The notes below the pieces were generated by a model. That model ran no database searches. It saw nothing but the letters and a program-made list of their open reading frames with translations, and was not told where the DNA came from. A program made the position numbers and the translations under genes. From Antechinus flavipes (taxonomy: Eukaryota), in contig NC_067399.1 in the NCBI RefSeq assembly GCF_016432865.1, forward strand, positions 627,254,001-627,318,000: a DNA stretch of 64,000 nucleotides, read 5' to 3'. Positions 11,943 to 25,773 of the stretch are shown piece after piece (the stretch's first letter is position 1; each line of letters begins with the position of its first letter).

Positions 11943-14548
11943 GTAATTCTTCCTTTGATTTTCTGAAAAAAGCCATGGTCTGCCACTACTTCTGAGGTTA
12001 TTTCCAGTTATCTTCATCAATCTTTGGCTACTGGCTTTAGATGGTTCTGAAGGAAAAAGTGAAGCTGATGATTTTGCACACTCTTCTCTTACTTGGGAGA
12101 CCTTCCTTATGTCATGTTTCTCTTTGAGAATGAAGAACAAGCAACAAATATAGAGGACCAACAAAAATCTCAAAAATCTCAAATTCTTCCTAATTTTTGT
12201 CCTTTGACAGCTCAAAATGGTAGATTCCAAGACATGATTCATTTTTTAAAATCTCTTTTCATTATAAAACTAATAATTATCCCCAAAGATGAACATTTCA
12301 GAATATAAAACATGCAAAAGAGTGGATTGGGGTAGTCTTTTGTGCATCATATGATGAACTGGAGGTGGTAAGTGAGGAGTTAGAGCTCTTGTGATGACAT
12401 TGTACCAGGTCACCCTAGAGAGAATGAGGATGAGGAGAAATAGCCATAAAATGATGGGACATTCTCCAGAGGACCTTTAACCATGGTGAGTTCAAACTCC
12501 TACTAGCTAATATTTATTCGATCTTCGAAGCATTTTACATGTTATTTTACTTGATTCTCATAACAACTCTAAAAAAAGATACTATTTTAATCCCCTTTTT
12601 ACAGATAAGACTGAGGGAGGTTAAATAATATACTCAGAGGCATAGAGCTAGTAAGTTTCTGAGAGAAGATTTGAATTATTCTGAATTCTATGCACCACAC
12701 CATCTTGTTGCCTAACTAGTTATTTGGAGCAAGGGATGGAGCAGGGAGAGATGACTTAAGATAAAGGTAGGATCCTCATTTTACAAAGGAGTTGGGGGAC
12801 AGGCAGCTTGGAAGTATGGGTAGATACTTTTATTTGGATGTGAATGCATTAGGCAACTCCCAAAAAGAGCTTGAGGGAGCTGAGCAGGAGAGTATTAAGG
12901 ATGCCTCATTGTAGGATCCTCATGGTAAAAGAAGTGGCTCCCTGTTATAGTGGTTTTGGACAGTTCCAAAGGAGATGAGTAGAGGTAGGAAGTAATTAGG
13001 CATATGGGGGTGGGAAAGAATCCTACACTGTCTCATGGGCCAACATTGGCAGAAAGCTAAGAATGTCTAGGATGGCTGATTGGGGAATAAATTGTGGCTC
13101 CTTTATCTCAGGATGTTGGTATCAGATACTTCCTAATCATTAGGTTCCATTTTCTTTTCTCCCATCCTCAATCTCCTTGACTTCTTTGTAGTACATATTA
13201 TTGACTGCTTCTTTTTTTAGAACTGTCTTTCTTTGGTCTCCCTTACATTACCCTATCTATCCTTTTCTTATCTCTAACAACTCTGTCTCCTTCCTTGACT
13301 TTTTTCCCTCCTTCAGAATTGTAGTTAATTTGTGTAATTTTTTTAGTCACATTCAAAATTTTGATGTCATCTTAGATATGCTTTTTATTTCTTTATCTTT
13401 ACAATCAATTTGTCACTAAATATTGCTAATTTCCCCTTGAAATGAGTTTCAAATTCACTTCTTTCCTTATGTTGCCATTGCCACTATTAAGATCTCAGCT
13501 TTTGTTGATATAATAGCTTTCTATTATTTTATAAAGACTCTCACATTCTTCCAGGCAGAATGCTGATATAGTTAAGTAATATAATGAGAAACATCTGAAC
13601 TTGAATCCTGCCTCATCCATTTACTAATCATGTGACCCTGGGCAAGTCCCTTAAACCCTTCCTCATTTTTCTCATCTGTGAATTAATCTCTAAGGTCACT
13701 TCTATGATCCTTTGATTCCCTCAGTCCATTTTACACACAGCCATCAGATTAGATTCACTAAAGTAGGACTTCCATAATTCCACATCTCTGATCAAAAATT
13801 GTTAGTGGTCAAAAATTCTCTTTCCCATTAAATAAAGTACACATGATTTAGTAAAACAATCAAGTTCTTAGACAATGAATCCTAATTCACCTTCCAAATA
13901 TGACCTACTCCTCCACCTGATCTATCCACTTTATTTCTTGAACAAGCTTTGTATTCAAAACATTCTCCCTTTGTGAAACATCTTCCCTTTTCTCTCTATC
14001 AAATTCTTACTCATCCTTGAAAATTTAAGTCCTCATTTCTCTGACCTGACCAGGCCATGGTAATACTTGCCTCTTCTGACTTGTTACAGCATTTATTAAG
14101 TCTTTGTCATGAAAATAACTTTTATCTATGTGCTGCTTTCCATATTAGGTATCTTTATATGCAATTTAAAAAGTTTCCACCAACTAGATTGACATCATTT
14201 TAAATTTCTTTTTATTATCCTTAATACTTGGTCAGAGTTTTATATATTGTACTACTCAATAAATACTTTGGATTTGGTTTTATGCCTATCATTAGGAGCT
14301 TAGCTGCTTTGCTTCTAGGAGAAATTTTAAGGGTGAATTGGTTGGTGCAGTGGATATCAGTGTACTTGCTGTTTAAAAAAATCCAGGTAGGATGCTGTCT
14401 TTTGGTTTCTTTAATTATCTGTACAAAATCTCAGCCAGAGACTGCACCAACAATGAAGATTTTTTTTTAAAAAGCCATTTTCAAGAGCCTTCCCTTTGGG
14501 AGAGTAGCATGGGGATAGAGATTGGCATAAGAAATTTAAAATCTATTC

Positions 14549-14549
<1 letters not shown>

Positions 14550-14625
<76 letters not shown>
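14550..14625. repeat. (CT)n microsatellite
   Basis: Perfect CT run preceded by (CTCTGT) units. Confidence 0.98.
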
Positions 14626-14629
<4 letters not shown>

Positions 14630-14792
14630 CACATTTGTTCAGCTGTTTGCCAGGTTCAGCACAGAGGATACAAAGAAAAATAAAAACATGGATGTGCCCT
14701 GTCTTCAATGAGCTCACATTCTAATGGTAGATAAAATATGTAATTAAATAAATATATGCTAGGTTTTCATATATACATTGTGACTTAGTCTT

Positions 14793-15695
14793 TTTTTTTA
14801 GATGATGTGATGATATTCTTTTTTTTTTTAATAATTTTTTATTGATAGAACGCATGCCAGGGTAATTTTTTACAGCATTATCCCTTGCATTCATTTCTGT
14901 TCCGATTTTTCCCCTCCCTCCCTCCACCCCTTCCCCCAGATGGCAAGAGTCCTTTACATGTTGAGTGGGTTGCAGTATATCCTAGATACAATATATGTGT
15001 GCAGAACCGAACAGTTTTCTTGTTGCACAGGGAGAATTGAATTCAGAAGGTATAAATAACCCGGGAGGAAAAACATAAATGCAAGCAGTTTATATTTATT
15101 TCCAGTGTTCTTTCTCTGGGTGTAGCTGCTTCTGTCCATCTTTGATCAATTAAGGCTCTCTTTATCAAAGAGGTCCACTTCCATCAGAATACATCATCAA
15201 ACAGTATCATTGTTGAGGTATATAATGATCTCCTGGTTCTGCTCATTTCACTCAGCATCAGTTCATGTAAGTCTCGCCAGTCCTCTCTGTATTCATCCTG
15301 CTGGTCGTTCCTTACAGAACAATAATATTCCATAATATTCATATACCACAATTTACTCAACCATTCTCCAATTGATGGACATCCTTTCATTTTTCAGCTT
15401 CTAGCCACTACAAACAGGGCTGCCACAAACATTTTGGCACATACAGGTCCCTTTCCTTTCTTTAGTATCTCTTTGGGGTATAAGCCCAGTAGAAACACTG
15501 CTGGATCAAAGGGTATGCACAGTTTGATAACTTTTTGAGCATAGTTCCAAACTGCTCTCCAGAATGGCTGGATGTGTTCACAGTTCCACCAACAATGTAT
15601 CAGTGTCCCTGTTTTCCCACATCCCCTCCAACATTCCCCATTATCTTTCCCTGTCATTCTAGCCAATCTGACAGGTGTGTAGTGGTATCTCAGAG
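14793..15695 (-). mobile_element. Young 5'-truncated L1 (ORF2 C-terminus, 3' UTR, poly-A) with a 15-bp TSD
   Basis: Encodes HYTPVRLARMTGKDNGECWRGCGKTGTLIHCWW...; TSD TTGTGACTTAGTCTT at 14778-14792 and 15696-15710. Confidence 0.95.
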
Positions 15696-15714
15696 TTGTG
15701 ACTTAGTCTTCATC

Positions 15715-15955
15715 ACTAAATGACTGTTAAAGTCCTTAGTTTAAAAAGGCCAAGGTCCTGCATTGCATCCAGAGCCATCTTCAATCATCCCGGAGCTATA
15801 TCTGGCAACTGTAGCCAGATGGGTATGGAAGGGAAAGTGAGGCAGTTGATCTTGCACCATCCTCCTTCACTTAAATCCAATTCACTTGAATGCCATGGCG
15901 TCACCTCTGATGTCATGGTCCTCTTTGAGAATGAAGGACAAAAAACAACAATCAA
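15715..15955 (+). mobile_element. 3' part of an RTE-derived non-autonomous element (WALLSI/RTESINE-like); other partial copies at ~12000-12150, 21330-21482 and 37020-37100 (-)
   Basis: Shared tail gtcctctttgagaatgaaggacaaa(caa)n; homologous to the long copy at 30142-30674. Confidence 0.7.
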
Positions 15956-18477
15956 GTAAAATCAACAAACAGATGTCTGATCTTATCTATATGTACAAAT
16001 ATTAAAATAGAATGGAATTCACAGAAAAACAAATCCTGGAATTGAATTGTAAGGAAATAAAATAAACTACCCGAGTTTTTCTTTTTTCTTGGCTGATGGA
16101 AAATAAAATACATACTTGCAATGCTGTACCGTACAGAAAAGGATTATCCATTTTACTTGGGTAAGAAAGCAAGTTACTTCTTTGCTCTTCTGCTGAGAAA
16201 TGGAGTTTTCCTGGATCTAAAAAGGAGAGAGATGGCAAACATTGATACAAAGCCAAGGTTTTTCTGGATTTACACTTCCCTGAGGCCATGAAGGATCCAC
16301 GTACACATTTTTTGGGCCAAGTCTTTCAAGGTTTACTTGCAAGTCAATTGCAACACTACTGAATTACCATTTATTATTTGTGCTAGCATAGATTGTTCTG
16401 AAGATGTCTGAAAAGGAATTTATGTTTCTCCATCTGGAGATTAGACATTTGATAGTGGGAATTTCACTACCATTATTCTAGGCTACTCTCTGAATTCTCT
16501 TTCTTTGGACTCATTCCCAAACAGTTTCCATTTTTGATCAAGAATTTTTTTTTTTTGATAGCACAGGTCTGAAGTCTAGAAGAAAAGATTCAGATCCTAT
16601 CTCTAAGAATATCTACTATCTATGGGACCTTCAGCAAGTCTCCTAATCTCATCTGAAAATGTCTTTATGATCTCTGTGGTTCCTTTTAGTTCTAGATCTA
16701 TGATCTTATGATAAATCCTCCTTTCCAAAACAGGATTTGCTAATTATTATTGATTGATTGGCTAGCAGCAAGAATGACAAAATTCATTTCAAGGGTGTCC
16801 AATTTTTTGTGATTCCACTTAGGATTTTCTTGACAGAGATATTAGAGTGGTTTGCCATTTCCTTCTCCAGGGTTAAATGACTTGCCAAAGTCACATAACA
16901 AAGAAAGCTGAATTTGTACTCAGAGAAATGAATCAATTTGATTCCAAACCCTGTGCAATATAGCTGCTCTATACCTACTAGTATATAGTTTTTTTCACCT
17001 AATCAGTATAGCATTTGTGTTATTCTTCATAATGACAAGTATTAATTACCCTTGCTTACTTTCCCCCTTCTATTCCTATGTGCTTCAAGTCTCTAACATG
17101 AAGCTACTTAGAGTCCTGAAACTGGCTACTTCTCTTATATTCAAAGAGAAACAGATTCTTTCTCCCAATACTCTTATTTTTCCAGATCATATTTCTTCTG
17201 GGATAAAATGGTAGCACTTATATTTTTAAACTATCTTTGAAGTGGCACTAAATAAGGATTTAAAAGAATCTGGGGGTGTAAAGGACATGCCAAAGTTCTC
17301 TTAGAATCAAAGATCTAGCTCTGGAAGGGATTTTAGGTAATTTCTAGTCCAATTCCCTGATTTTAGGGAAGATTGAGGTCCAGAGGAATAAAGCAACGTG
17401 TCCAAAGTCACACAGCTAGTAAGCATTAGAGATGGGATTTGAATCCATTAGAACCAGCCCACTTTTCCATTATATCAAGTCTACTCAGACCTGGTGAGTT
17501 TTAAGCATGATTCCAGCTGAATCTTACTTCTGAAATCTGAAATCTGAAAATTTACTTCTAAATCTCCTTTTCCCAACTCTAGGATTTAGAGATTATGTTC
17601 TTGTCACTCAGAAATTCAAGAGATCATCTAGTCACATATTTAAATATCTTGAAGGCCATGCAGTTCAGTCTCCTTATTTTACAGATGAAGTAACTGAGGT
17701 CTAGAGTGCTGAAGGAACTTATCCAATGTCACACAAATAGTAAGTTTCCAGGCCAGGATTCAAGCCCAGGTCCTCTGCCTCCAAATCTGGCACTCTTTCA
17801 ATATATTCATACTTTTAAATCAGCAGATGTTGGGGTAGGGTGAGGGAAGCTTCCAGACTCGGAGAAACTTTTTAATTATATTTTTTGAGCCCTGAAGTCT
17901 TCACTGAATCATGAAGTCAACTGCTTCCATCCTTGATCTAGATCTGGTACCATCTCCTTCAGGAAGCACTTTTGACCAGTTCAGTTCTTCTTGATCTCCT
18001 TTTCATAAAAACTGTTCTAGTCCATATAAATGGTATGGTGTCATTTGCCATTTGATTATATTCTCGTGTTTCAGGCATATTTATCTTACCTTTCCAGTTT
18101 TTTGAAAGCAAGGGTTGCTTTATATTTTTGTCTCCTTTCCAGTGTCTGGTATGGAACTTAGCCCATATTGAATGCTCATTACTTATGATTTGATTGGTTG
18201 ACATTGTGATGACCTCAGACTTTGTGCTATAAACCCCCCTTCCAATAAGTTGCTTTCCCTTGCATGGACAGTTCTGTAAATGGAATAATTGGGATGGAAG
18301 CTAATTGTTGAATATGTCCAATTAAAATGTAACTATCAGTGTAGGTGGGAGAAATCCTCTTTTTTGGTAAGATAGATTCTTGAAATAATGGTATGTTAGA
18401 TAAAAAAATACTATGCTTAGATAGATGACTGATCGTAAACAAGACATTGCTTTTAGATGATTAAAGGATGGGATAGA

Positions 18478-18640
18478 GCAGAGCTTCTTAAATTGTGGGA
18501 CAAACTTCATATGAGGCTATGTAACTGAATGGGGAGGTTTACAAAATGAAGATTTATTATCATAATTGATTATATACTTATTTTATATACCTAATTACCC
18601 AGGGTTGCATAAAAATTTCTCGGGTTGCAAATGGAAAAAA
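18478..18640. mobile_element. hAT-type MITE, decayed
   Basis: cagagcttcttaaattgtggg terminus, ...taaaaatttctcggg...gaaaaaa pattern typical of Charlie-like MITEs. Confidence 0.55.
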
Positions 18641-20075
18641 AAATTGGTGCTCAGATGATGGAGATTTAGGATTCATTTTTTATTCTATAGTTTTACTCCT
18701 TCACCCTGACTAATCCAGTTCTCTGTCATATCTTAGCCATGTAGTGATGCTTAGTCTTTGGGCAGTATAGAGACAGCTTTATGACCCAGAGTACCTAGTA
18801 AATCCAGAATATTTAGACTTGAATATTAGGGTACAGCTAGGCATTCTCAAGTAAGATACCTGAATAAAGGTATGGCAGAAATAACCTCAGTCCTTGACTA
18901 TGAAAGGTACAAGGAGGGGTATGTCTGGTACTAGAGTTGAATTAGTTTTTAACCTATTAAATGTATTTTTTTTCATCTTATTTGGGACTCAATAACTTAG
19001 AAAGGAATGTCACTGGAGGCCTAACAGACATTGGAGGAAAAAGTCCCCTCCCCCCGGTTTAATAATAATAATAATAATAAGGGGCAGCTAAGTGAATAGT
19101 GGCTAGAATGCTGGACCTGGAGTCAGTAACTCATTTTCCTGAGATCAAATCTGACCTCAGACACTTCTGATTTCAAAATGGGCTGGGGAAGGAAATGGCA
19201 AATAACTCTAGCATCCTTGCCAAGAAAACCCCAAATGAGGCCAGGAAAAGTTAGACGTGAACAAAATGATGGAACAGCAACAACAAATTAATAACAATAA
19301 TAACAATTCAAGTTATTTATGTGAAGTGCTTGCCCTTTATAGCTAATTACATTTAACTCTATAGCAATTATTTGTCATTAAATATTTATCAAATGCATTT
19401 GTTAGTTATTTTTATTGTACCATTAAACTTTGTTCTTTTATGGCCACTGCATTATATGAAGAATTTCACAGAGCTTTGTATTTGATGAGTGCTAGCTAAA
19501 GACTTGTTGAATTGAATTGAATTTATTCAGTCACTTCTTTAAATGGTACAGATTAGGACTCATCCATATCTTAGTGAACTGCTTACTAACTGTATGACTT
19601 CATGTCATTTGCTTCACTTTCTCCATCTGTAAAATGGGGATAATAATAGCTCTCCAACCAAGATTGTTGCATAGTTAATATAGTGACATTTGTAAACTTT
19701 AAATTACTATAATTTAGTATAATTTACTATAAATTTGTAAATTTTAAATTACTATATAAATGCAAACTATTTTCTTATTGTTAGTAGGGTGATATTATTT
19801 TAAATTTAGCTATACTGACTCTTGGATGACAGAATTACAGTTTAGTCTTCTGTTGTTTCCAACCTGGTAGGACCTACAGAGCCTATCCTTTTCTTGTACA
19901 GCCTTTGAGAACACTAGGTTACCTTCCTGCCATCATGAGACATGAGAGAAGAGGATTTTGTGCACATAACCATGGCAATCACTCATCTCTATAGCACCAA
20001 TTTATAACCTGGTCCTCTGTTCACAATATGGAAGGAACATGAATGGTAACCATCTTGTTTTTCTTTTCCATGCAG

Positions 20076-20294
20076 GTCACTGTCCAGTACATCCAGGACA
20101 ATGGGGCTGTCATTCCAGTGCGTATTCACACCATTGTGATTTCTGTACAACACAATGAGGACATCACGCTAGAGGACATGCGCCAAGCTTTAAAGGACCA
20201 AGTGATCCGAGCTGTGGTGCCTTCAAAATATCTGGATGAAAAGACAATTTACCACCTGCAGCCCAGTGGGCGTTTTGTTATTGGTGGGCCACAG
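20076..20294 (+). CDS. MAT1A: MAT1A exon 6 (219 nt)
   Basis: catgcag|...CAG|gtgcct; encodes [73 protein letters not shown]. Confidence 0.98.
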
Positions 20295-20389
20295 GTGCCT
20301 TATTTTTCTTTACATCTCAGTATTCAGTTTGTTTTATAGATTCCTGTCTGTATAATTATGCATTAATCTTACTATTTAGTTATTTATAT

Positions 20390-21175
20390 ACTTCTCTATT
20401 TATCCACTTATCTATCTACTCAACCATCCAACAATCTATCTATTCATCTATCTATCTTTCTATCATTTATCAGTCTACCTATCTACTTAGCTATCTTACT
20501 ATTAATCTATCTACCCATACATCCAAATATCTGTTTGTCTATTTTATCCATCCATCCATCCATCTATCCCTCTATTATCTATCAACATGTTTATCTACTT
20601 ATCTATCTTCTTATTTATCTATCCATACACTCAATTATCTATTTTTCTGTTTATCTATCTATCTCTCTATCTTCCATCAATCTGTCTACCTACCTGTTTA
20701 CCTATTTTACTGTATATCTATCTATACATCCAATTACCCATATATCTATTTTTTTTGTCATTTATAAATCTGTCTACCTATCTACTTATCTATCATCTTA
20801 TTTGTCTATCCATACATCCAATTATCTATCTGTCTGTCTGTCTATTTTATCTACCTATTCATCCATCCATTTATCTATCATATATCAATGTCTACCTATC
20901 TACTTATCCATCTTTTTATTTATCTATCTCTCCATCCAATTATCTATGTATCTATCATCTATCTTTTTATCATCTATCAATCTGTCACCTACCTATTTAT
21001 CTGTTTTACTATATATCTATCCATACATCCAATTACCTATCTTTCTATCATCTATCAATATGTCTACCTACTTATCTATTGTCTTATTTTTCTATCCATA
21101 CATCCAATTATCTATTTATCTATCTACTCACCTATCTATCCATCTAATCATCTATCTCTCTATCATTAAAAAAAG
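20390..21175. repeat. ~780-bp degenerate (TCTA/CCAT)n array with higher-order periodicity
   Basis: Tetramer units plus the recurring anchor CATCCAATTA; accounts for the spurious ORFs at 20535-21179. Confidence 0.92.
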
Positions 21176-24100
21176 ATGATATTATTATTATCTATTTTGT
21201 AATGAACGAGAATCTATTAATTTTCTTATATTCACTTTTGGAAAACAGAGAAAAGTAATCCCTCTCTTTTTGAAACAAATACGCATATTTAAGAAAAACA
21301 CTTTTTAATAGGCTATATTGTCTTGATCTGTACCTTGCTACTAATCTCAGATGGCTCTCGAGGGGAAAGGGAGGCAGGTGATCTTGCACAACCCTTCTTC
21401 ACTCAGATCCAATTCACTTGTATTTCATGATATCACCTTTCTGATGTCATAGTTCTCTTTGAGAATGAAGGACAAACAACAATAAAAAAATATATCTCAA
21501 TATGTCAACCACCTCTCTGTCAGGGGGTAGGTAATGTATTTCATCATGGTTGGTATCTTTTTGCTCCATGTCCACATGTATGTCCAGGGAGACATAGGAG
21601 TTGATTTGAAGTGGCACAGTGGAGTTTGGAATTTATCTCTACTTTCTGAAATCTCAGGAACAAATTTAATACTTCTTCCACATAAGAAGCTTTCAAGTCC
21701 TTTAAGGCAACTGTCATATACCCTTAATCTTTCCTTTTCCAAGTAAAATATCCCTATATGAACTTAATAGTAATAATGCTAATGTATATCTAGAACTTTA
21801 AGGTTTGCAAAGTGCTTTCCAAATATTATTTCGTTTAATCCTTATAGCAACATTGGAAGGTAGGAACTATTATGTCCCCATTTTATGAGACTTAGATGCA
21901 AAGAGAGTAGCTCATTTAGCTAGATTGGAATTTGGGTCTTCCTGACTCCAGGGTCTGTGTTTTATTAATTGTGTTCCTTTAGCTACTCTTTGAACTATTA
22001 TTATATTCCAATAACCTAGAGTGAATGAGGGATAACAAGTGAATAGCCCAGTACTATCTAGATGGTATTAAGAGATTCAGAGTTAGGCACTTTCAGAATA
22101 GCAAGTAGATTTAAGGAGGATTTATAGGCTGACATGGAAAGGAGTTACCCAGGATGAGAAGAAAATACTCACTATATTTATGACCATCATACATATCCAC
22201 TTAGAGGTGACCTTTAGTTTTTCAGAGACTATGACATTCTGTGATTCTTAATTGAGTAGTTCTATCTAATCCAATCAAAAACATATTTGTCAAGTGCCTA
22301 TTATGTGCTAGGAGATCTGCTAAGCATTAAAGGATATAAGAAAAAAAAAAAAGACAGCTGCAGCCTTCAAGGACCTTATAATCTAAAGGAAGACAACATA
22401 CAAAAAAGGGCAGGAAGAGAAGGCAGAGGTGAACAAAATAGGCAACATCTTATTCCTTTGAGCTGAAATGAGGGAGAGTATCAGATGCAAAGTAGAAGGA
22501 GTCCAGTTTGTCTTTTATAAAGGAAAGCATTGGGAGGATTTATCAGAGAAAAGAAGAGGATAAGGGGAGGATGGTCAATCAAGTCTTGAATTAGCAGCAA
22601 GGCTATGGATTTAGAAGTGATGAACTTGGGGGCATCTTGTTCTGTGGAGCTGAAACCAGGCAAAGCAGTGAAGACCAAATCAAGTTCTAGTGGGACAGTA
22701 TTGGTCTGGGCCTTTGTTTTAGGGTGGAATACTACCCAATTTTTCAAATACAAATTAGCTCTCTTTTTTTCCGTCTATTCCATTTAAGGGCCTATCCATT
22801 GTCCAATTTCCCTGTTTGTCCTAGATATATTCATTGCTGGATGAAATCCATGGCCTGCCCATCCAGCTGCTTATCATGAGAGGCTTATTGTGAGGGAGCA
22901 GACTGCCCTTTTCCTGTTCTCCTGAGATGATTCTCTTATTTTCTGCCCCACACAGGGTTATGATATATCTCTGACGTTTCCCTTTTCTGCAGAGGAAGTC
23001 AGGAAGACTTGATTTAAATTTCTACCTTAGATACTTACTAGCTGTGTGATCTAAAGCAAGTCACTTAACTTATGTTTACTCTGGTTTCTTTAGCTATAAA
23101 ATAGGGATAATAACAGCATTTGCCTCACAGATTATTATGAGGGTCAAGTGAGATTATATCTGTAAAGAGTTTCACATAGTACCTGACACATTATAGGTGC
23201 TACATGATGACTTTTCCTCTTCCTTTCTTCCTCTACTCCTTCCCAGCACCTAGATTATGCACCTTCTTTGTTAATGTCAGTTTGTCCTCAAAATCTGGGG
23301 CAGTGGGAAGGCTTTTTCTTATTCACCCTAGAATTTTCCAAAGTGAAGATTTCTTAGCTACAGGAATGTGAGATCATACATTTTGATTAGGAAGGAAGCC
23401 CAGAGGCCATTTAGTTTAACTCTTCATGGTGCAAGTCAGGAAACTGATTGTCACAAGGTAGTTAATGTCAGAGATGAGATTTGAATCCAGATCTTCAGAG
23501 TCCAAAGCCATTCTTTCTGCACTACATTTCTTCACAATAAAAAACAACAATAATAACAATGATGATACCCACAATAATAATTAATGGCTAATATATATTT
23601 ATATATATAATGTGTGTATATATATATATCACTTTAAGATTTGCAAATATGTGGAGTAATATGCAAATATATTCAAAGATGCACATTTTGAACATATGCT
23701 TTACATATACTATCTCATTTAGTCTTTACAACAACACTCTAGTTGGGTGCTATTGGTATTTTACATATGGAGAAACTGAGGCCATACAGAAGTTAAATGA
23801 TGAGAATGGGATCACCCAGTTAATAAGTATTTGAGGAGAGAATTGAAACTTGGTCTTTTTGACTCCAAATCAGGCACTCTGTCCCACTGCCCTGTCTAGC
23901 TGTCTCATCATCACTATAATTCTTATTCTTGCACCATCTTATCTAGGTGTAGGGGGATAAGATCCCCCAGGTGTAGAATCCTATGTCTCATTTCTCATTA
24001 TTCCTATGAAGGAGTTAACTGGAAAGTAGAATATTATTTGATTCAGCTTTAAGCACAAGTAACTGCTCATTCTCCATGACATTTGCAAAAGTCTTAAAGT

Positions 24101-24738
24101 TCCAAAGAAAAGAGTGAATATATAAGGGTAAATAGCAATTAATGACTCTGGTGTCCGGGAGCAGGTGGCCTTGCCCCAGTGACACTTTGACCCATAAGAC
24201 ATCTATTATATCCTGTTCATCATACTTGCCTGGCGGGTGTTGGTCCTGCTCAGGAGGCCTGATTAGAAATCCAGTGACATAAGTAGGGACTTTGGCGAAT
24301 AATTCTAAACACCACTGACCCAATATCACCATCTAGTGGACAATTTCCATTCTAACAGTTTGTAAGGACTGGTTTTCTCTCAGAACTATTTCTTTAGCCA
24401 TCATCTGGTTGCTCTTCCTCCCCCACCCCGTTCACTTTACAGATGAGGAAACTGAGGTTCAAAGGGGAGACAGGACTTAACTAAGGTCAACAGAGGCAGT
24501 TGCTCTCCTGAGTTCTGATCTATCAGTGGCCACAGCATAGGAAAATGGACTGATGCCATTATCTTCTTGTGAGTTCCTTAAGGGAAGGATTGTCTGACCT
24601 CTTTTTGCATCCCTGGAGTTCAGCACGTACCTGGAACATGATAGATACTCAATAGATATTGATTGATTCTGGATGCTGTTGCTGCTTATTCCTCTGTCGG
24701 AAACTGCTCATATGACTCTTATTCTTGCCTCCTTGCAG

Positions 24739-24921
24739 GGGGATGCAGGAGTCACCGGCAGGAAGATCATTGTGGACACTTATGGAGGCTGGGGTGCCCA
24801 TGGGGGTGGAGCTTTCTCCGGGAAGGACTATACCAAGGTGGACCGCTCTGCAGCCTATGCAGCCCGTTGGGTGGCAAAGTCCCTAGTGAAAGCCAAACTT
24901 TGTCGGAGAGTTCTTGTGCAA
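24739..24921 (+). CDS. MAT1A: MAT1A exon 7 (183 nt)
   Basis: cttgcag|...CAA|gtatgt; encodes [61 protein letters not shown], including the SAM synthetase GGGAFSGKD signature. Confidence 0.99.
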
Positions 24922-25639
24922 GTATGTTGATGCTTTTCTCCTTCCTCTCTACCCCTTTCTCCCAATATCTTTTCTATTTCAGGATCCACTTTCTGATTAA
25001 AATCTATGATTTCTGAGATGCTTAAAGTTAAGTTTACTATCTATTAGTCAGTCCTTCATTTGCAGAATTCCATTTTACCCTATGCTATCCTTTCCCCTTA
25101 TATGTTGCTGAAGGAAAAAGACTAAAAGAAAAAGACCTTATTTGTGGTAAAGTGGTAATCTTAAGATGGTAGAATAGAGACTTTAGATTTCTTGCTTTTA
25201 TCAAGCCCTGAATTATGATAAGGGATGGGTAGAGGTAAGATTAGGGTGGGACAATGGGTGATTTGTCCCAGGGTATCAAAATTTAGAGGTTCTGATGGAA
25301 TTTATACTTCATCCAAAAAACAACTGAGATTAGCATCTATGTATTATTATTATTAGTTAAAATAGGAAGCTAAATAGTGGCTCACTTCCTGACACTGATC
25401 TCCCTTGAAACAGCCTATTTCTGCCAATGGGCAGTGGCTTAGAGTCTATCTCCTTATGGTTAGAAGTATATCCCTGAGATATCGATTTTACTTTAACCTC
25501 AATTGAATTTGTTTTTAAAAATTAATTTAAGGGCATCTTTCATGTTGCTTACCTTAGCTGTCAGAACTGCTAGTTATGGCTTTGGGGATGGAAAAGACTC
25601 ACAGCTAATTTGTCTCTTTTGCCCCATCCTTTTATGAAG

Positions 25640-25773
25640 GTTTCTTATGCTATTGGTGTGGCTGAACCTCTCTCAATTTCCCTGTTCACCTACGGGACCT
25701 CCCAAAAGACAGAGAAAGAGCTATTAGATGTGGTGAATAAGAATTTTGATCTTCGTCCTGGAGTCATTGTCAG
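25640..25773 (+). CDS. MAT1A: MAT1A exon 8 (134 nt)
   Basis: tttatgaag|...AG|gtaatg; encodes VSYAIGVAEPLSISLFTYGTSQKTEKELLDVVNKNFDLRPGVIV(R). Not in the supplied ORF track; read directly from the sequence. Confidence 0.97.

Noticed and set aside
20535-21179. Long ORFs (214, 186 and 93 aa), and similar ones at 3244-3557
   Set aside because: Translations of TCTA arrays (S/I/Y/L-rich); not coding.
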